From: Coprobacillus sp. CAG:826
Lineage (GTDB): Bacteria > Bacillota_I > Bacilli_A > RFN20 > CAG-826
Reading direction: 5' to 3'
NCBI GenBank assembly: GCA_000437235.1
Contig: FR897047.1
Span: 43,542-107,541 of the forward strand
Length of the DNA: 64,000 bases
This document shows, piece by piece, positions 39,457 to 49,080 of this stretch; the first letter of the stretch is position 1; every line of letters begins with the position of its first letter. The position numbers were made by a program, and so were the translations under genes. The notes below the pieces were generated by a model, which worked only from the letters and a program-made list of their open reading frames with translations, ran no database searches and had not been told where the DNA came from.

Positions 39457-39995
39457 CATAGTGTAACAATGATGGGAGTATGATGAGCATAAGGAAGAAT
39501 TTTTTCTAAAACATCTTTTGCTTTGATTTTCATATATCCTGTGGTCGTTCCATCACTACAACCGTAATCTTCTTCCTTTAATACGTCTTGATCAATAACG
39601 ATTTGAACTTTATTTTCCTTATCAATTAAAGCACTAAAAATACTACACGCACCAATTTGCGTTTCTAAAAGTTCATTCATTAATTGTTCGCTTCCAAAAG
39701 AAACGCGGGCAATTTGTAAAGCGCGAGAAAAAACTTTACAGTCAAATCGCTTATCTCCTGGCATAATGCATAAATAAAATTTTGTTTTTTGTTGATTACA
39801 AAGAAAAAGTGTTTTTACAGTCTTCATTTGCAATTTTTCATTTACTACTAAGCAGTCCTCCATGGAGATTAAAGGTTCCGTTTCTACCCGATAATAAGGA
39901 ATTTTTAATTCTTCTAAGGTTTCATATACTTTTTCTTCAAATTCTGTTTTATATTGTGTAGGTTTAGTTACATATACTTCACTTGTCCACATCAT
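39456..39995 (-). CDS. YbaK/ProX-type aminoacyl-tRNA deacylase domain protein
   Basis: 179-aa sequence with the YbaK fold (inferred from sequence only). Confidence 0.65.
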   Translation of the reverse strand: MMWTSEVYVTKPTQYKTEFEEKVYETLEELKIPYYRVETEPLISMEDCLVVNEKLQMKTVKTLFLCNQQKTKFYLCIMPGDKRFDCKVFSRALQIARVSFGSEQLMNELLETQIGACSIFSALIDKENKVQIVIDQDVLKEEDYGCSDGTTTGYMKIKAKDVLEKILPYAHHTPIIVTL

Positions 39996-40609
39996 TTATC
40001 ACTACTTCCCTTTTTCTTTATATATTGTAATAGCCAGTTTTTTAAAAAAGCAAGTTGCTCTTCTTTATGAAACCAATGTTCACCTTCTATCATCGTAGTT
40101 AAATGCGCATCGTGACTTTTAACAAATTGTTCCATTGATTTTTCATCGACTAAAAAATCTTTTTCTCCATAAAGAATTTCTATATGTTGAGAAAAGTTTA
40201 TAGGATGGTCTCTTATATAGGTTAAATAATCCCAAGATAGAGGTTCATCAAAACTAGTTTGAATTAATTGCTTTTCTTTTAATTCTTCTTCACTCACTTG
40301 TGCATCTTTCATCATCTTTAAAATCATCTTTTCTAAGGTAATCATTGGAGAGATAAAGAATACTTGGCTCACTTTCATTTCGTTGAGCGCAAGCATAGTA
40401 AAATACGCGCCAATGCTATTTGCAATGATGATGACTTCATTTTCTTTTTCATATTTCTTATATACATTTAAAATATCTTTTTTCGCTAACCATGGATAAG
40501 TAGCGTCATAATCAACTCCCACGACTTCTTCTTTTAAAAAGGATTGGTAAAAAGTTGCTTCTTTTGAGGAGCTACCTTTTCCATGAATATATAAAATAAT
40601 TTTTTTCAT
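39992..40609 (-). CDS. Alpha/beta hydrolase fold protein
   Basis: LYIHGKGSS start and NSIGA (GxSxG-like) motif. Confidence 0.55.
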   Translation of the reverse strand: MKKIILYIHGKGSSSKEATFYQSFLKEEVVGVDYDATYPWLAKKDILNVYKKYEKENEVIIIANSIGAYFTMLALNEMKVSQVFFISPMITLEKMILKMMKDAQVSEEELKEKQLIQTSFDEPLSWDYLTYIRDHPINFSQHIEILYGEKDFLVDEKSMEQFVKSHDAHLTTMIEGEHWFHKEEQLAFLKNWLLQYIKKKGSSDK

Positions 40610-40624
40610 AAAATAACACTTCCC

Positions 40625-41419
40625 TTATTTTTTTAACACTTTTTGAATCACCCAAAATTGCATACGTGTTGGAAGAATGTTAAATAATTTTAATAAGAAA
40701 TTCCGATTGATTTGATAAGCAAATTTTGGTTTCTTTTTCTTTAATATTTTGTTCACTAACTCAGCAATTTTTGTAGGACTCACGCATTTTGCTTCTACTT
40801 TATCTACAATTTGATGAAATCTTTTCGCATTACAAGAATAAAGTTGGGTTTCTTCCGTAAAACGATCTAAAGCTTGAGTAGAAACACCGAGCATTCCTGT
40901 TTGAATTGCACCAGCGCGAATGACACTGACATGAATACCTAAAAGTTGTAATTCCATCCGTAAAGAATAAGCATACCGATCTAAGGCCGTTTTACTAATT
41001 GCGTATATTCCCGTAAAAGGAAGAGGATCTACAACCGCGAGTTCACTGGTTGTAATGATAATTCTACTTCCTTTATTGAGTAAAGGAAGAAAAGTCTTAT
41101 TCATCAAATAAACGCCATAAAGATTGATGTCCATAATCTTTTTAAAATCACTTTCGGACATTTCCACTAAAGAATTCAGCATATAAACACCGGCAAAATG
41201 AATAATTGCCGTAATTTCTTTTGTTATTTTTTCAATTTCTTTTAAAGCGTTTTGTACACTTTCAATCTTCGTTACATCAACTTGAATAGGATAAACATGC
41301 TCTTCTTTTTCTTTTACTTTTTGGTCTAAAGCAAAAACTTCATAACCTTTTTCTTTTAAAAACTGAATGGTTTTTTCTCCCATTCCACCATAAGCGCCTG
41401 TTACAATAACATATTTCAT
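40625..41419 (-). CDS. SDR-family oxidoreductase
   Basis: TGAYGGMG and YAISK motifs. Confidence 0.8.
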   Translation of the reverse strand: MKYVIVTGAYGGMGEKTIQFLKEKGYEVFALDQKVKEKEEHVYPIQVDVTKIESVQNALKEIEKITKEITAIIHFAGVYMLNSLVEMSESDFKKIMDINLYGVYLMNKTFLPLLNKGSRIIITTSELAVVDPLPFTGIYAISKTALDRYAYSLRMELQLLGIHVSVIRAGAIQTGMLGVSTQALDRFTEETQLYSCNAKRFHQIVDKVEAKCVSPTKIAELVNKILKKKKPKFAYQINRNFLLKLFNILPTRMQFWVIQKVLKK

Positions 41420-41546
41420 TTTAACGACCTCACTTTACAAAAAAAAGAAACAATCATGTCCTCTAAAAAGTGCTTTTTATAGGTTAATTATAACATATTC
41501 ACCTATTTTTCACACTTTTATAAAAACGCAACTGTTTCTCAATTCT

Positions 41547-41843
41547 TTATTTTTTCATTAATCCTTGATAAGTATCTAGGACAATTTCTTTTAGTCTTTC
41601 TTGGTTTTCTATATCGCTTACAAGGTACATCTTTTTTGCCCCTTCATAAGGCAACTCTTCTTTCATTTCATATTTTTTATTTTGTGAAACCATTTTCACT
41701 AAAAAGCGGTCATCAAATATGCCACCAAAATAAACGCCTTGATAATAAAGAAGATATTCTCCCATCATCGCACGGGTTTGAATCAAACCTAATAAAGATA
41801 ATTGTTCTACGATATAATCTTTATATTCTTTACTTGAAGCCAT
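41547..41843 (-). CDS. TfoX N-terminal-domain protein
   Basis: 98 aa, judged by eye to resemble the TfoX_N family. Confidence 0.55.
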   Translation of the reverse strand: MASSKEYKDYIVEQLSLLGLIQTRAMMGEYLLYYQGVYFGGIFDDRFLVKMVSQNKKYEMKEELPYEGAKKMYLVSDIENQERLKEIVLDTYQGLMKK

Positions 41844-41846
41844 ATT

Positions 41847-43217
41847 TTAAAGCACCAGTTGTTTTGCGTCATATAGTACCGTATATACACGATTCTCCGA
41901 GCACAAAATGTCCGTGCTATCTCCTTCCTTTATTTCTTTTCCATCAATGGATATCACATCATAGTCTTGGAAGACGTAGTTGCATCTAAAAGTTGAACCC
42001 ACTTTTTCGAAATACGCTAATTGGACACGGGTATAGCCATCTTTTCTTTTAAATACCGTTAGCACTACCGCCCATTCTTCTGGTAAAGCAAAGTGAACAT
42101 AAAGCGTGACGTCTTCTTCCATGGTCATCTTTGTAAAAGGCTTTGTCATTTCTTGATCTAAATATAAAGCAAGATATTCTTCTGGATGTTCAAGTTCAGA
42201 TGGATGAATCATAAAATCGGATAGCCCTGCTAAATATTCTTTACTATTTTCTAACGTATATTCTTCTCCTACTAAACAAGATGAATCACTATACAAGAAA
42301 TTTTGTCCTTCTACAACAAACCGCACATGTCCATAGTATTCGTTAATGGTTTGATTCGTTTCAATATTAAAGCTATCGTATGTACTTTGATCAAATTCAT
42401 AAAAGTATCCCGTTTGATATTGATAAGTATTCGCATAGTTTTTGGTTGCATCTTCATAAAAATGTTCTTGATGATAATTAAGACGACTAGAAGTTATTCT
42501 TCCGTCTTTTACAATATAAACAATTTCATCTTGATACCTTGATTTTTGATAAGTCGCATCATATTCTTTTATATCCGTATTCACATATTCATCACTTATT
42601 TTAATATGGAGTGAAATGGAACCATCTTTTTCTTTTTTCCATTCAATACTATTAGGTTCTTTTTCATAGGCTTCATTTTCTAAATACACCTGCTTTAATT
42701 CATTCACAAAAGTTTCCGCGTTCGTTCCACATTTTCCAAAATCTTCTTTAATTCTAAAAGAAATCTGACTATCTTCAAAATAAAAAAGTGCATAATCAGG
42801 TGCAACATAGCTTCCTTCTTTTGTCGTTCCATCATCATCGACTATTTCCGAATAGTATTTTGTTCTTTCTACACCATTATCATTAACCGTTTTGACTACC
42901 GCTATGTCCTTATTGGACATTACCATTGTGCCATCTTCTGATTTTTCATGAACAACACGTTGGTGGAAATATTTATAACCCGAGCCTGCTTCTACTTGAT
43001 TTGTCTCTTCAATGATCTCTTCATTCTTATCAAGTGTAAGCCAGTGATCAACGACTTTATAGTCTCCTTCATAAGTACTTGAATAGACATATCCTTCTAC
43101 CCAAGTCTTAATTTTTTCTTCTTCTGATGGTTCTTTTTTTCCACAAGAAGTCATTCCCATTAAAGAGAAAGCCGTTGTAGCAAAAGCTAAAACGGTGAGT
43201 ATCTTTTTTATTTTCAT
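41847..43217 (-). CDS. Lipoprotein, function unknown
   Basis: Signal peptide ending ...LMGMTSC. Confidence 0.55.
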   Translation of the reverse strand: MKIKKILTVLAFATTAFSLMGMTSCGKKEPSEEEKIKTWVEGYVYSSTYEGDYKVVDHWLTLDKNEEIIEETNQVEAGSGYKYFHQRVVHEKSEDGTMVMSNKDIAVVKTVNDNGVERTKYYSEIVDDDGTTKEGSYVAPDYALFYFEDSQISFRIKEDFGKCGTNAETFVNELKQVYLENEAYEKEPNSIEWKKEKDGSISLHIKISDEYVNTDIKEYDATYQKSRYQDEIVYIVKDGRITSSRLNYHQEHFYEDATKNYANTYQYQTGYFYEFDQSTYDSFNIETNQTINEYYGHVRFVVEGQNFLYSDSSCLVGEEYTLENSKEYLAGLSDFMIHPSELEHPEEYLALYLDQEMTKPFTKMTMEEDVTLYVHFALPEEWAVVLTVFKRKDGYTRVQLAYFEKVGSTFRCNYVFQDYDVISIDGKEIKEGDSTDILCSENRVYTVLYDAKQLVL

Positions 43218-43331
43218 TTTTTTGTCCCCCTCAATTTAAAATGAAATATTTTTATATAAGTAGCACGGATTCGTCCCTACCACTTTCCATTCCCATTATA
43301 GCGAAAAAAGAAAATAATATAAATAAAGTCT

Positions 43332-44030
43332 CTATTTCTTTATTTTTTTCTTTTTTGGTGAAGATAATGAACTTGTTCCTAATCCATCAAAAGAAAAATC
43401 AATTCCATCGCCACCCACCATGATAATAAGCATTAGTATGGCTACAACAATCACACTATAAGTAGACATAACCACATATTGAAATAATTCCTTATTATTT
43501 TGATTATCGATGATTAAAGCAAAGATAAAACCAATCTCAATAATCATATACCAGCCATAGGTGGAAAGATATGTTGTTTTAGTAAAAATAATTAATAAAA
43601 CATAAACAATAATGGAAATTAACATGAAAAGAATGGTAAAAACAATATGATGCTGATTAAAAACTGGAATCGATAAAAAAGCATAAAATATTAGTAAATA
43701 TAAAGAAGAGGCAAGGCTAATTAAAAGCATCATCCAAATGGGGTTATCAAATCCTCGAAAAATATACCACCCCCGAATACATAATCCTAAGGCAAAAGCA
43801 TTAACGAAATAAAGAATGGGATAAATGAAAAAACTTTTCCTTCTAAAAAGGATCATTAAAATTCCGCTTATCAAGCAGGTACCTAAACCAATCAATACAT
43901 AAGCAGTTGCGTCACTAAACGAAGCAAAGCGAAACACCCATCCAACGAAGGAACATATAGTTAAAAATATAAACGACGCAATCGAAACTAAAGTAATTTT
44001 CTTCATCGTTATCTCTCCTTCATCTAACAA
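43332..44030 (-). CDS. Polytopic membrane protein, function unknown
   Basis: About 6 TM and a Lys-rich C-terminus. Confidence 0.45.
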   Translation of the reverse strand: MLDEGEITMKKITLVSIASFIFLTICSFVGWVFRFASFSDATAYVLIGLGTCLISGILMILFRRKSFFIYPILYFVNAFALGLCIRGWYIFRGFDNPIWMMLLISLASSLYLLIFYAFLSIPVFNQHHIVFTILFMLISIIVYVLLIIFTKTTYLSTYGWYMIIEIGFIFALIIDNQNNKELFQYVVMSTYSVIVVAILMLIIMVGGDGIDFSFDGLGTSSLSSPKKKKIKK

Positions 44031-44169
44031 TATTTTATCATATCATGTTAGCAAATCGTATCGTCATCTAATGCGATTAAATCCGCTTTTTCGTAGCGAA
44101 GACTTCCTTCGTATCTTTTTTAATAATGTAGTATAAAAAAAGACACCCTAAGAAAAGAGTGTCTCATTT

Positions 44170-45948
44170 TTAATGATTATTTTCTAAGCTTAAAGTAATT
44201 ACGAGTTCATTACTGGCAAACATGTCAATTTCTAAATCAACACGATATTTGCCATCTTTCACATAAGAGTTCTCATCGTTTTCATCTTGGGTAAATCCAC
44301 CACCAAAGATTAAACTAAAGCCATAATCACTCATTAAGTCAGTTGCCGCTTTATCAGTTGCACATGCTACTCTAATTTCAACGTAGTCTGAATAAGCATA
44401 CATTGTAATTGTGCCATCCGTTGTAACAAATGGTAAAATTTGATCTAAATCAGCGCCTAAATATTTATCAGCTTCACTCTTGGTCGTTGGATCAAGTTCA
44501 GCCCATGTTGTTGCTTTATCATATTTTACATAACCGGTTTCAATGTCAAATGGTAATTGAGCTGTTCCTAAATTGGTCATTTCAACCGTTCTTGTTCCAT
44601 ACCCATTAATTCCTTTAAAGATATAAGAATAAGTGATTTTAGAAAGATCATCTGCAATATCAAATGTCAAAACATTCACGCCGAACATATAAGTAATATC
44701 GACCGTGTTCGCGTCAGGAATTAAAGTAGAAACTTCTTGATATGCATCTTGTAAAACATATCCTTTTTCTGTTTTAGCAAAAAGATTAACGTTGTAATCT
44801 GCTTTTGGATAGTACTCATCTACGGAAGAATTAGCAATTTCTTTTTCTGTTCCAACAGCTTGAACTTTTCCTGTACTTTCATCTGTTCTTACTTCAATAA
44901 TGGCACGAGATATACTTGTTGAATCAGCGGATTTGACATTAATCATTCCATAGGGCAAAGCACCTTCCGTCGTTTCATCTTTAACAATGAAGCCATTCGG
45001 TGTCACAATAGCGGAAAGATTAGGAGTTAGTCCGTCATTTACAAAAGAACTATATAGTTTCATTTCATAGTTATGATTCTTAATTAATTCTAAAGCTCTA
45101 CTTAACTTGCTCATATCGTCCGTACTTTCATAAGGATAAGAGGGAACATTTAAGCTTCCTTTGCTCGTGAAATCAGCTTCATAATTATAAATATAATTAT
45201 AATCATATCGCCCTGTCGTTTTGCTAAATTGTGTCCCAGTGATTTGGATTTTGTTAATACTTTCATCCTCGTTAAATGAAATGATCATATTTTCTGCTGG
45301 CACACTATAACCTGTGATTGAACTATAAACAAAGCTCCCTAACGTTGTTGAACCAACTTCCCTTTTTAAAGAGAAAGTAACACTATTAGCGGTTGAGCTA
45401 ACAAAATCTTCTTCCTTAAGAAGAATAAATGGATTTTTAACTGCCTCATCAAACATCAATGGTGTTTTTTGAGCATCGTCTTCTAAGCTCATCACTTCTT
45501 CAGTCACTTCGTTCTTTGCATTAACTGATTTTGTAATTAACTGACCTTCCGCATTTTTGAAATAGTGATATTTAACTGCATTTACGCCATTTTCATAAGT
45601 GCCAAGAATATATAACTCATCACTTGAAAAATACATTTTAGACGATAAGTTTTCTTCGCCTTTCTTTGTTTCATCATCTACACGTGAAAATTTAGAATTT
45701 AAAGTTCCACTGAAGCCCATTTTAGTTAGGCTCTTTAGACGATTTAAAGCGTCGGATGCAGAAATTGGAAGTTGTTCTGCACTTGTTGTTGGCGTCGTTA
45801 TTCCTCCTGTAGTTGGATTTTCTGTACCTCCAGTCGATGAACTAGATGGTGTTTGACCGCATCCTGTCACTACCATTCCAAGTAGTAAAGCTAAGGACGC
45901 AAAAAAGGTTTTATTTTTTTTCATGATATGATACCTCGCTTTTCTCAC
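44170..45948 (-). CDS. Lipoprotein, function unknown
   Basis: Lipobox LLGMVVTGC, then a Ser/Thr/Gly-rich linker. Confidence 0.55.
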   Translation of the reverse strand: MRKARYHIMKKNKTFFASLALLLGMVVTGCGQTPSSSSTGGTENPTTGGITTPTTSAEQLPISASDALNRLKSLTKMGFSGTLNSKFSRVDDETKKGEENLSSKMYFSSDELYILGTYENGVNAVKYHYFKNAEGQLITKSVNAKNEVTEEVMSLEDDAQKTPLMFDEAVKNPFILLKEEDFVSSTANSVTFSLKREVGSTTLGSFVYSSITGYSVPAENMIISFNEDESINKIQITGTQFSKTTGRYDYNYIYNYEADFTSKGSLNVPSYPYESTDDMSKLSRALELIKNHNYEMKLYSSFVNDGLTPNLSAIVTPNGFIVKDETTEGALPYGMINVKSADSTSISRAIIEVRTDESTGKVQAVGTEKEIANSSVDEYYPKADYNVNLFAKTEKGYVLQDAYQEVSTLIPDANTVDITYMFGVNVLTFDIADDLSKITYSYIFKGINGYGTRTVEMTNLGTAQLPFDIETGYVKYDKATTWAELDPTTKSEADKYLGADLDQILPFVTTDGTITMYAYSDYVEIRVACATDKAATDLMSDYGFSLIFGGGFTQDENDENSYVKDGKYRVDLEIDMFASNELVITLSLENNH

Positions 45949-46023
45949 CTTTGAGATACGAAAATAATAACACTCACTTTTTCAAAACACAATAAAAATA
46001 TTAAATATTTTCTTAATTTTCCT

Positions 46024-46572
46024 TTATTTAATTGTGCAGGTAAGCGTTATGGCTAGCAGACCTTCTTGATGAGCCATCCAATATAGCGATTTATAGTCCT
46101 CTGATAATTTGAACTGTCCTGCAAAAACGGCAACATCTTTTGTTTTGTTAGCCTGCATGTCTTCTAATGAATCATAAAATGAAATTGTCTGATTATCAAT
46201 TTTATAAAGCACATTGGCCGCGCCTCCATCTCCTTGCATCTCATAGATAACAACAGCTTTGGAATCTTCTAAAAATCTAAATTCAAGCAAAGCATTATCA
46301 TAGATATTGAAGAATGTTTTTTCATCGATTCCCATTTCATCTAGTTGAGTCTTTTTTATTTCCTCACTGGCCCACTCTATATTTGTTTTAGTATGGGTAT
46401 AAACCAAGCCAACTTCTGATTCAATGGGTTTTTCTTCTGAACTACTCGTATTTTTATCTGTCGTTTCCACTGTTGGTTGACTTCCACTTATAGTTGGATG
46501 ATTTCCACAAGCAGTCGTGGTTAAGAAGAGTGGAATAAAGATAAATGCTGAAATAAATAATTTTCTTTTCAT
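46024..46572 (-). CDS. Small lipoprotein
   Basis: Signal peptide ...LTTTAC. Confidence 0.5.
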   Translation of the reverse strand: MKRKLFISAFIFIPLFLTTTACGNHPTISGSQPTVETTDKNTSSSEEKPIESEVGLVYTHTKTNIEWASEEIKKTQLDEMGIDEKTFFNIYDNALLEFRFLEDSKAVVIYEMQGDGGAANVLYKIDNQTISFYDSLEDMQANKTKDVAVFAGQFKLSEDYKSLYWMAHQEGLLAITLTCTIK

Positions 46573-46594
46573 TTGTTATTTTCTCCTTTTTTTC

Positions 46595-46978
46595 TCACAG
46601 TGAATCAATTACATCTACCAAATAATTTGATGGAACAGATTCATAAAAGAAAGCATCAATTTTTCCCTCTTCTTTAGCATGTTTGATTCTATAGGCACTT
46701 TCTTCGTTAGAAACATTGTCGCAAAGAAGGGCAATTTTCACGCTTGGATTTTGTTTTTTGGCCGCTAAAACTGTCTCCATCCGTTGATCAAATGTGCCAT
46801 CACCACATCTTGTAACATCCATGATTAGAAAATCCGCGAGCAAAGCATTCATGATTGCTAAAATCTTATCCGTCTCTTGAGAAGACGCCTTTTCCACAAG
46901 AAAACCAGATTCTTTTAACGAATTCATTACTGCTTCTAAAATCAGCGTATTTCTAATTGCAAGTATAGCTCTTTTCAT
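46595..46978 (-). CDS. Stand-alone degenerate receiver (pseudo-receiver) domain protein
   Basis: Receiver-like layout with FLIMDV (phospho-Asp position retained), but the N-terminal acidic pair is replaced (ILAIRN instead of ILIVDD). Confidence 0.5.
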   Translation of the reverse strand: MKRAILAIRNTLILEAVMNSLKESGFLVEKASSQETDKILAIMNALLADFLIMDVTRCGDGTFDQRMETVLAAKKQNPSVKIALLCDNVSNEESAYRIKHAKEEGKIDAFFYESVPSNYLVDVIDSL

Positions 46979-47093
46979 TTTTTCCTCCTTTGTTTTCTAA
47001 GTAATGTATTTCATTCACCTGTACTTTAAATATATCAACATATTCCATCGTTTTAGTAGTGCCATTTGGCACCTTTGGCGAACTTTATTATGA

Positions 47094-47130
47094 GAAAAAA
47101 ACAGCCACTGAAGAGTGACTGTACAAATGT
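47094..47130 (-). terminator. Rho-independent terminator downstream of the response-regulator gene
   Basis: Hairpin ACAGTCACTCTTCAGTGGCTGT followed by TTTTTTT on the minus strand. Confidence 0.6.
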
Positions 47131-47137
47131 TTTCTAT

Positions 47138-47788
47138 TTATATTTCATCATCTATTTTATCCAAGATGACAAGACCCGTTTCTCTTGTTCTTACCGCAAG
47201 TTGCGTGCGAGAACGAAATCCAGTTTTTAGCAACATATCCGCTACATGATTTTTGATTACGCCTGAGGAAACCCCCAGTTTTATAGAAATTTCCACGTTG
47301 CTATATCCTCCTAGAATAAGACGCAAGATTTCTAATTCCTTTTCAGTGAATTCTGTACTTAAGGCCAATCCAACTTTAACGGATTGAGGGTGTTCAGGAT
47401 AAACAGTTTCTCCTTGCATCACTCGTTCCATAATAGAAAGAATCGGTTGTTCATTTACCTCTTTGTACCAAAATCCTTCGATTCCTATTTTTTTAGCTCT
47501 TTGAATATAAGAACATTCTGGCATAGAAGTCACAATGATAATTTTAATTCTGGGGTATTTTTTCTTAATTTTCTCAGCAGCAGTAAGACCACTTTCTCCA
47601 TTTTCGGTCACAACATCCATAAGAATCAAATCAATCGGTGTTCGAGTACAAACAATGTCCGCTATGGAGGCATTTTCAATAGCAATTTGAAGATAAAAAT
47701 GTTCTGAGTTTTCAATATAATGTGAAAAAAGTGTTTTCGGCATTTGTTGATCTTCTACTATCATTACTGAGTATTTTCCGTCTTTCAT
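47138..47788 (-). CDS. LuxR/NarL-family response regulator
   Basis: Receiver domain with DLILMDV and a C-terminal LuxR HTH (LTEKELEILRLILGGYSNVEIS...). Confidence 0.9.
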   Translation of the reverse strand: MKDGKYSVMIVEDQQMPKTLFSHYIENSEHFYLQIAIENASIADIVCTRTPIDLILMDVVTENGESGLTAAEKIKKKYPRIKIIIVTSMPECSYIQRAKKIGIEGFWYKEVNEQPILSIMERVMQGETVYPEHPQSVKVGLALSTEFTEKELEILRLILGGYSNVEISIKLGVSSGVIKNHVADMLLKTGFRSRTQLAVRTRETGLVILDKIDDEI

Positions 47789-49080
47789 TGCTTTGCTCCT
47801 TTTAATAATTGAATGATTAATTCAAATTGTGGCTCACTTTTCACTATCATTTTACCATTTTCTTTTTCAATAAGCGAACGTAAACTTGATAAACCACCGC
47901 CTTCAATAATTTTTCCTTTAGGTTTTTGACCATCATTTGTAATTCGAATGACAAATTCATCTATGCCATTTTCAAGTTCAACTAACATTTTCTTTCCATT
48001 CGCATGTGAAACCGTATTGGTTAGACATTCATGCATCGCTTGGATAAGAATTTTTTCCGTTACTGAATCAATAGTAGGATAGTTGCCTTTGAACTCAATG
48101 GCCACATTAACGAGCTGCGCCGCCTCTAAAATTACTTGCAAATTGCTTTTCTTTTTTAACGTACTTGTGCTTTTTAACGCTTCAATTTCTACTTCCCAAA
48201 AAGATAATAATTCTTTTTGATCCTCCTTCTTCATATCATTAGTTAATTTTTGTTTTGTGATCAAAAGCAGTTTTCCTATATCATCGTGGATTCGTATTTT
48301 AGCCATCAAGACTTCCTTCTCCCGTGCAAGTTGAGAAACATTTTTCCCGTAAGAGATTAACCTTTCATTTACTGCTTTTAATTTTACTCGTTTTTTTTCC
48401 AATTCTTCCATTAGGCAATATTCTTCCGTGATATCCGTAGCAATAATTTCATAGATTTCATGTCCATTTAAAAAATGTGTATTTCTTTTAAACGAAATTA
48501 CTTTTCCATCTCGACATCCAATAATCGAATCTTCCCCTTTTTTTAATGAATAAAAATCTTTTTCTATTTTTCCATTTGTAATGGCATGCCAAAAGCTTGT
48601 TCCATTTAATAAAGCTTCCCCTAGTATTAAAACGCTAAGATTATTCATTTCTCTATTGATTAAGCGAACTAGTCCACTTTTTTCATAGAAGCAAATTCCT
48701 TTTGGAAGCATATCCACGCTTTCTTTAATGGATACTGAAGAAAGACTTTGATTACCTTTTATCAATCCATATAGAAGCAAAGAAATTGCCATAATAAAGA
48801 AGAATATTGATAAGGATAAAATGCAAATAAAAGGCCATTGAATAATGGTAAGTGATAGTTCAAATACCGGGCGATTCATACGGTAAAGATAGCTACCTTG
48901 CATGGTAAGAAAAATAGAAAGAAAAGAAAAAACAAAGAAAAAAACCGTTATGATTTTAAACACTATCTTTTTATATATTCTTATAGCAATAAATAAATCC
49001 ATAATGGATAATACCAATGTTAAAATAAATAGAATAATTGTTATTTGCTGGCCATAAAGAGGTGCTTCCACGAATTTCAT
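47785..49080 (-). CDS. Sensor histidine kinase (HisKA_3 type, 4 TM)
   Basis: H-box IRIHDDIGKLL and HATPase_c (NDGQ...GGGLSSL). It overlaps the regulator gene by 4 nt. Confidence 0.85.
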   Translation of the reverse strand: MKFVEAPLYGQQITIILFILTLVLSIMDLFIAIRIYKKIVFKIITVFFFVFSFLSIFLTMQGSYLYRMNRPVFELSLTIIQWPFICILSLSIFFFIMAISLLLYGLIKGNQSLSSVSIKESVDMLPKGICFYEKSGLVRLINREMNNLSVLILGEALLNGTSFWHAITNGKIEKDFYSLKKGEDSIIGCRDGKVISFKRNTHFLNGHEIYEIIATDITEEYCLMEELEKKRVKLKAVNERLISYGKNVSQLAREKEVLMAKIRIHDDIGKLLLITKQKLTNDMKKEDQKELLSFWEVEIEALKSTSTLKKKSNLQVILEAAQLVNVAIEFKGNYPTIDSVTEKILIQAMHECLTNTVSHANGKKMLVELENGIDEFVIRITNDGQKPKGKIIEGGGLSSLRSLIEKENGKMIVKSEPQFELIIQLLKGAKQ

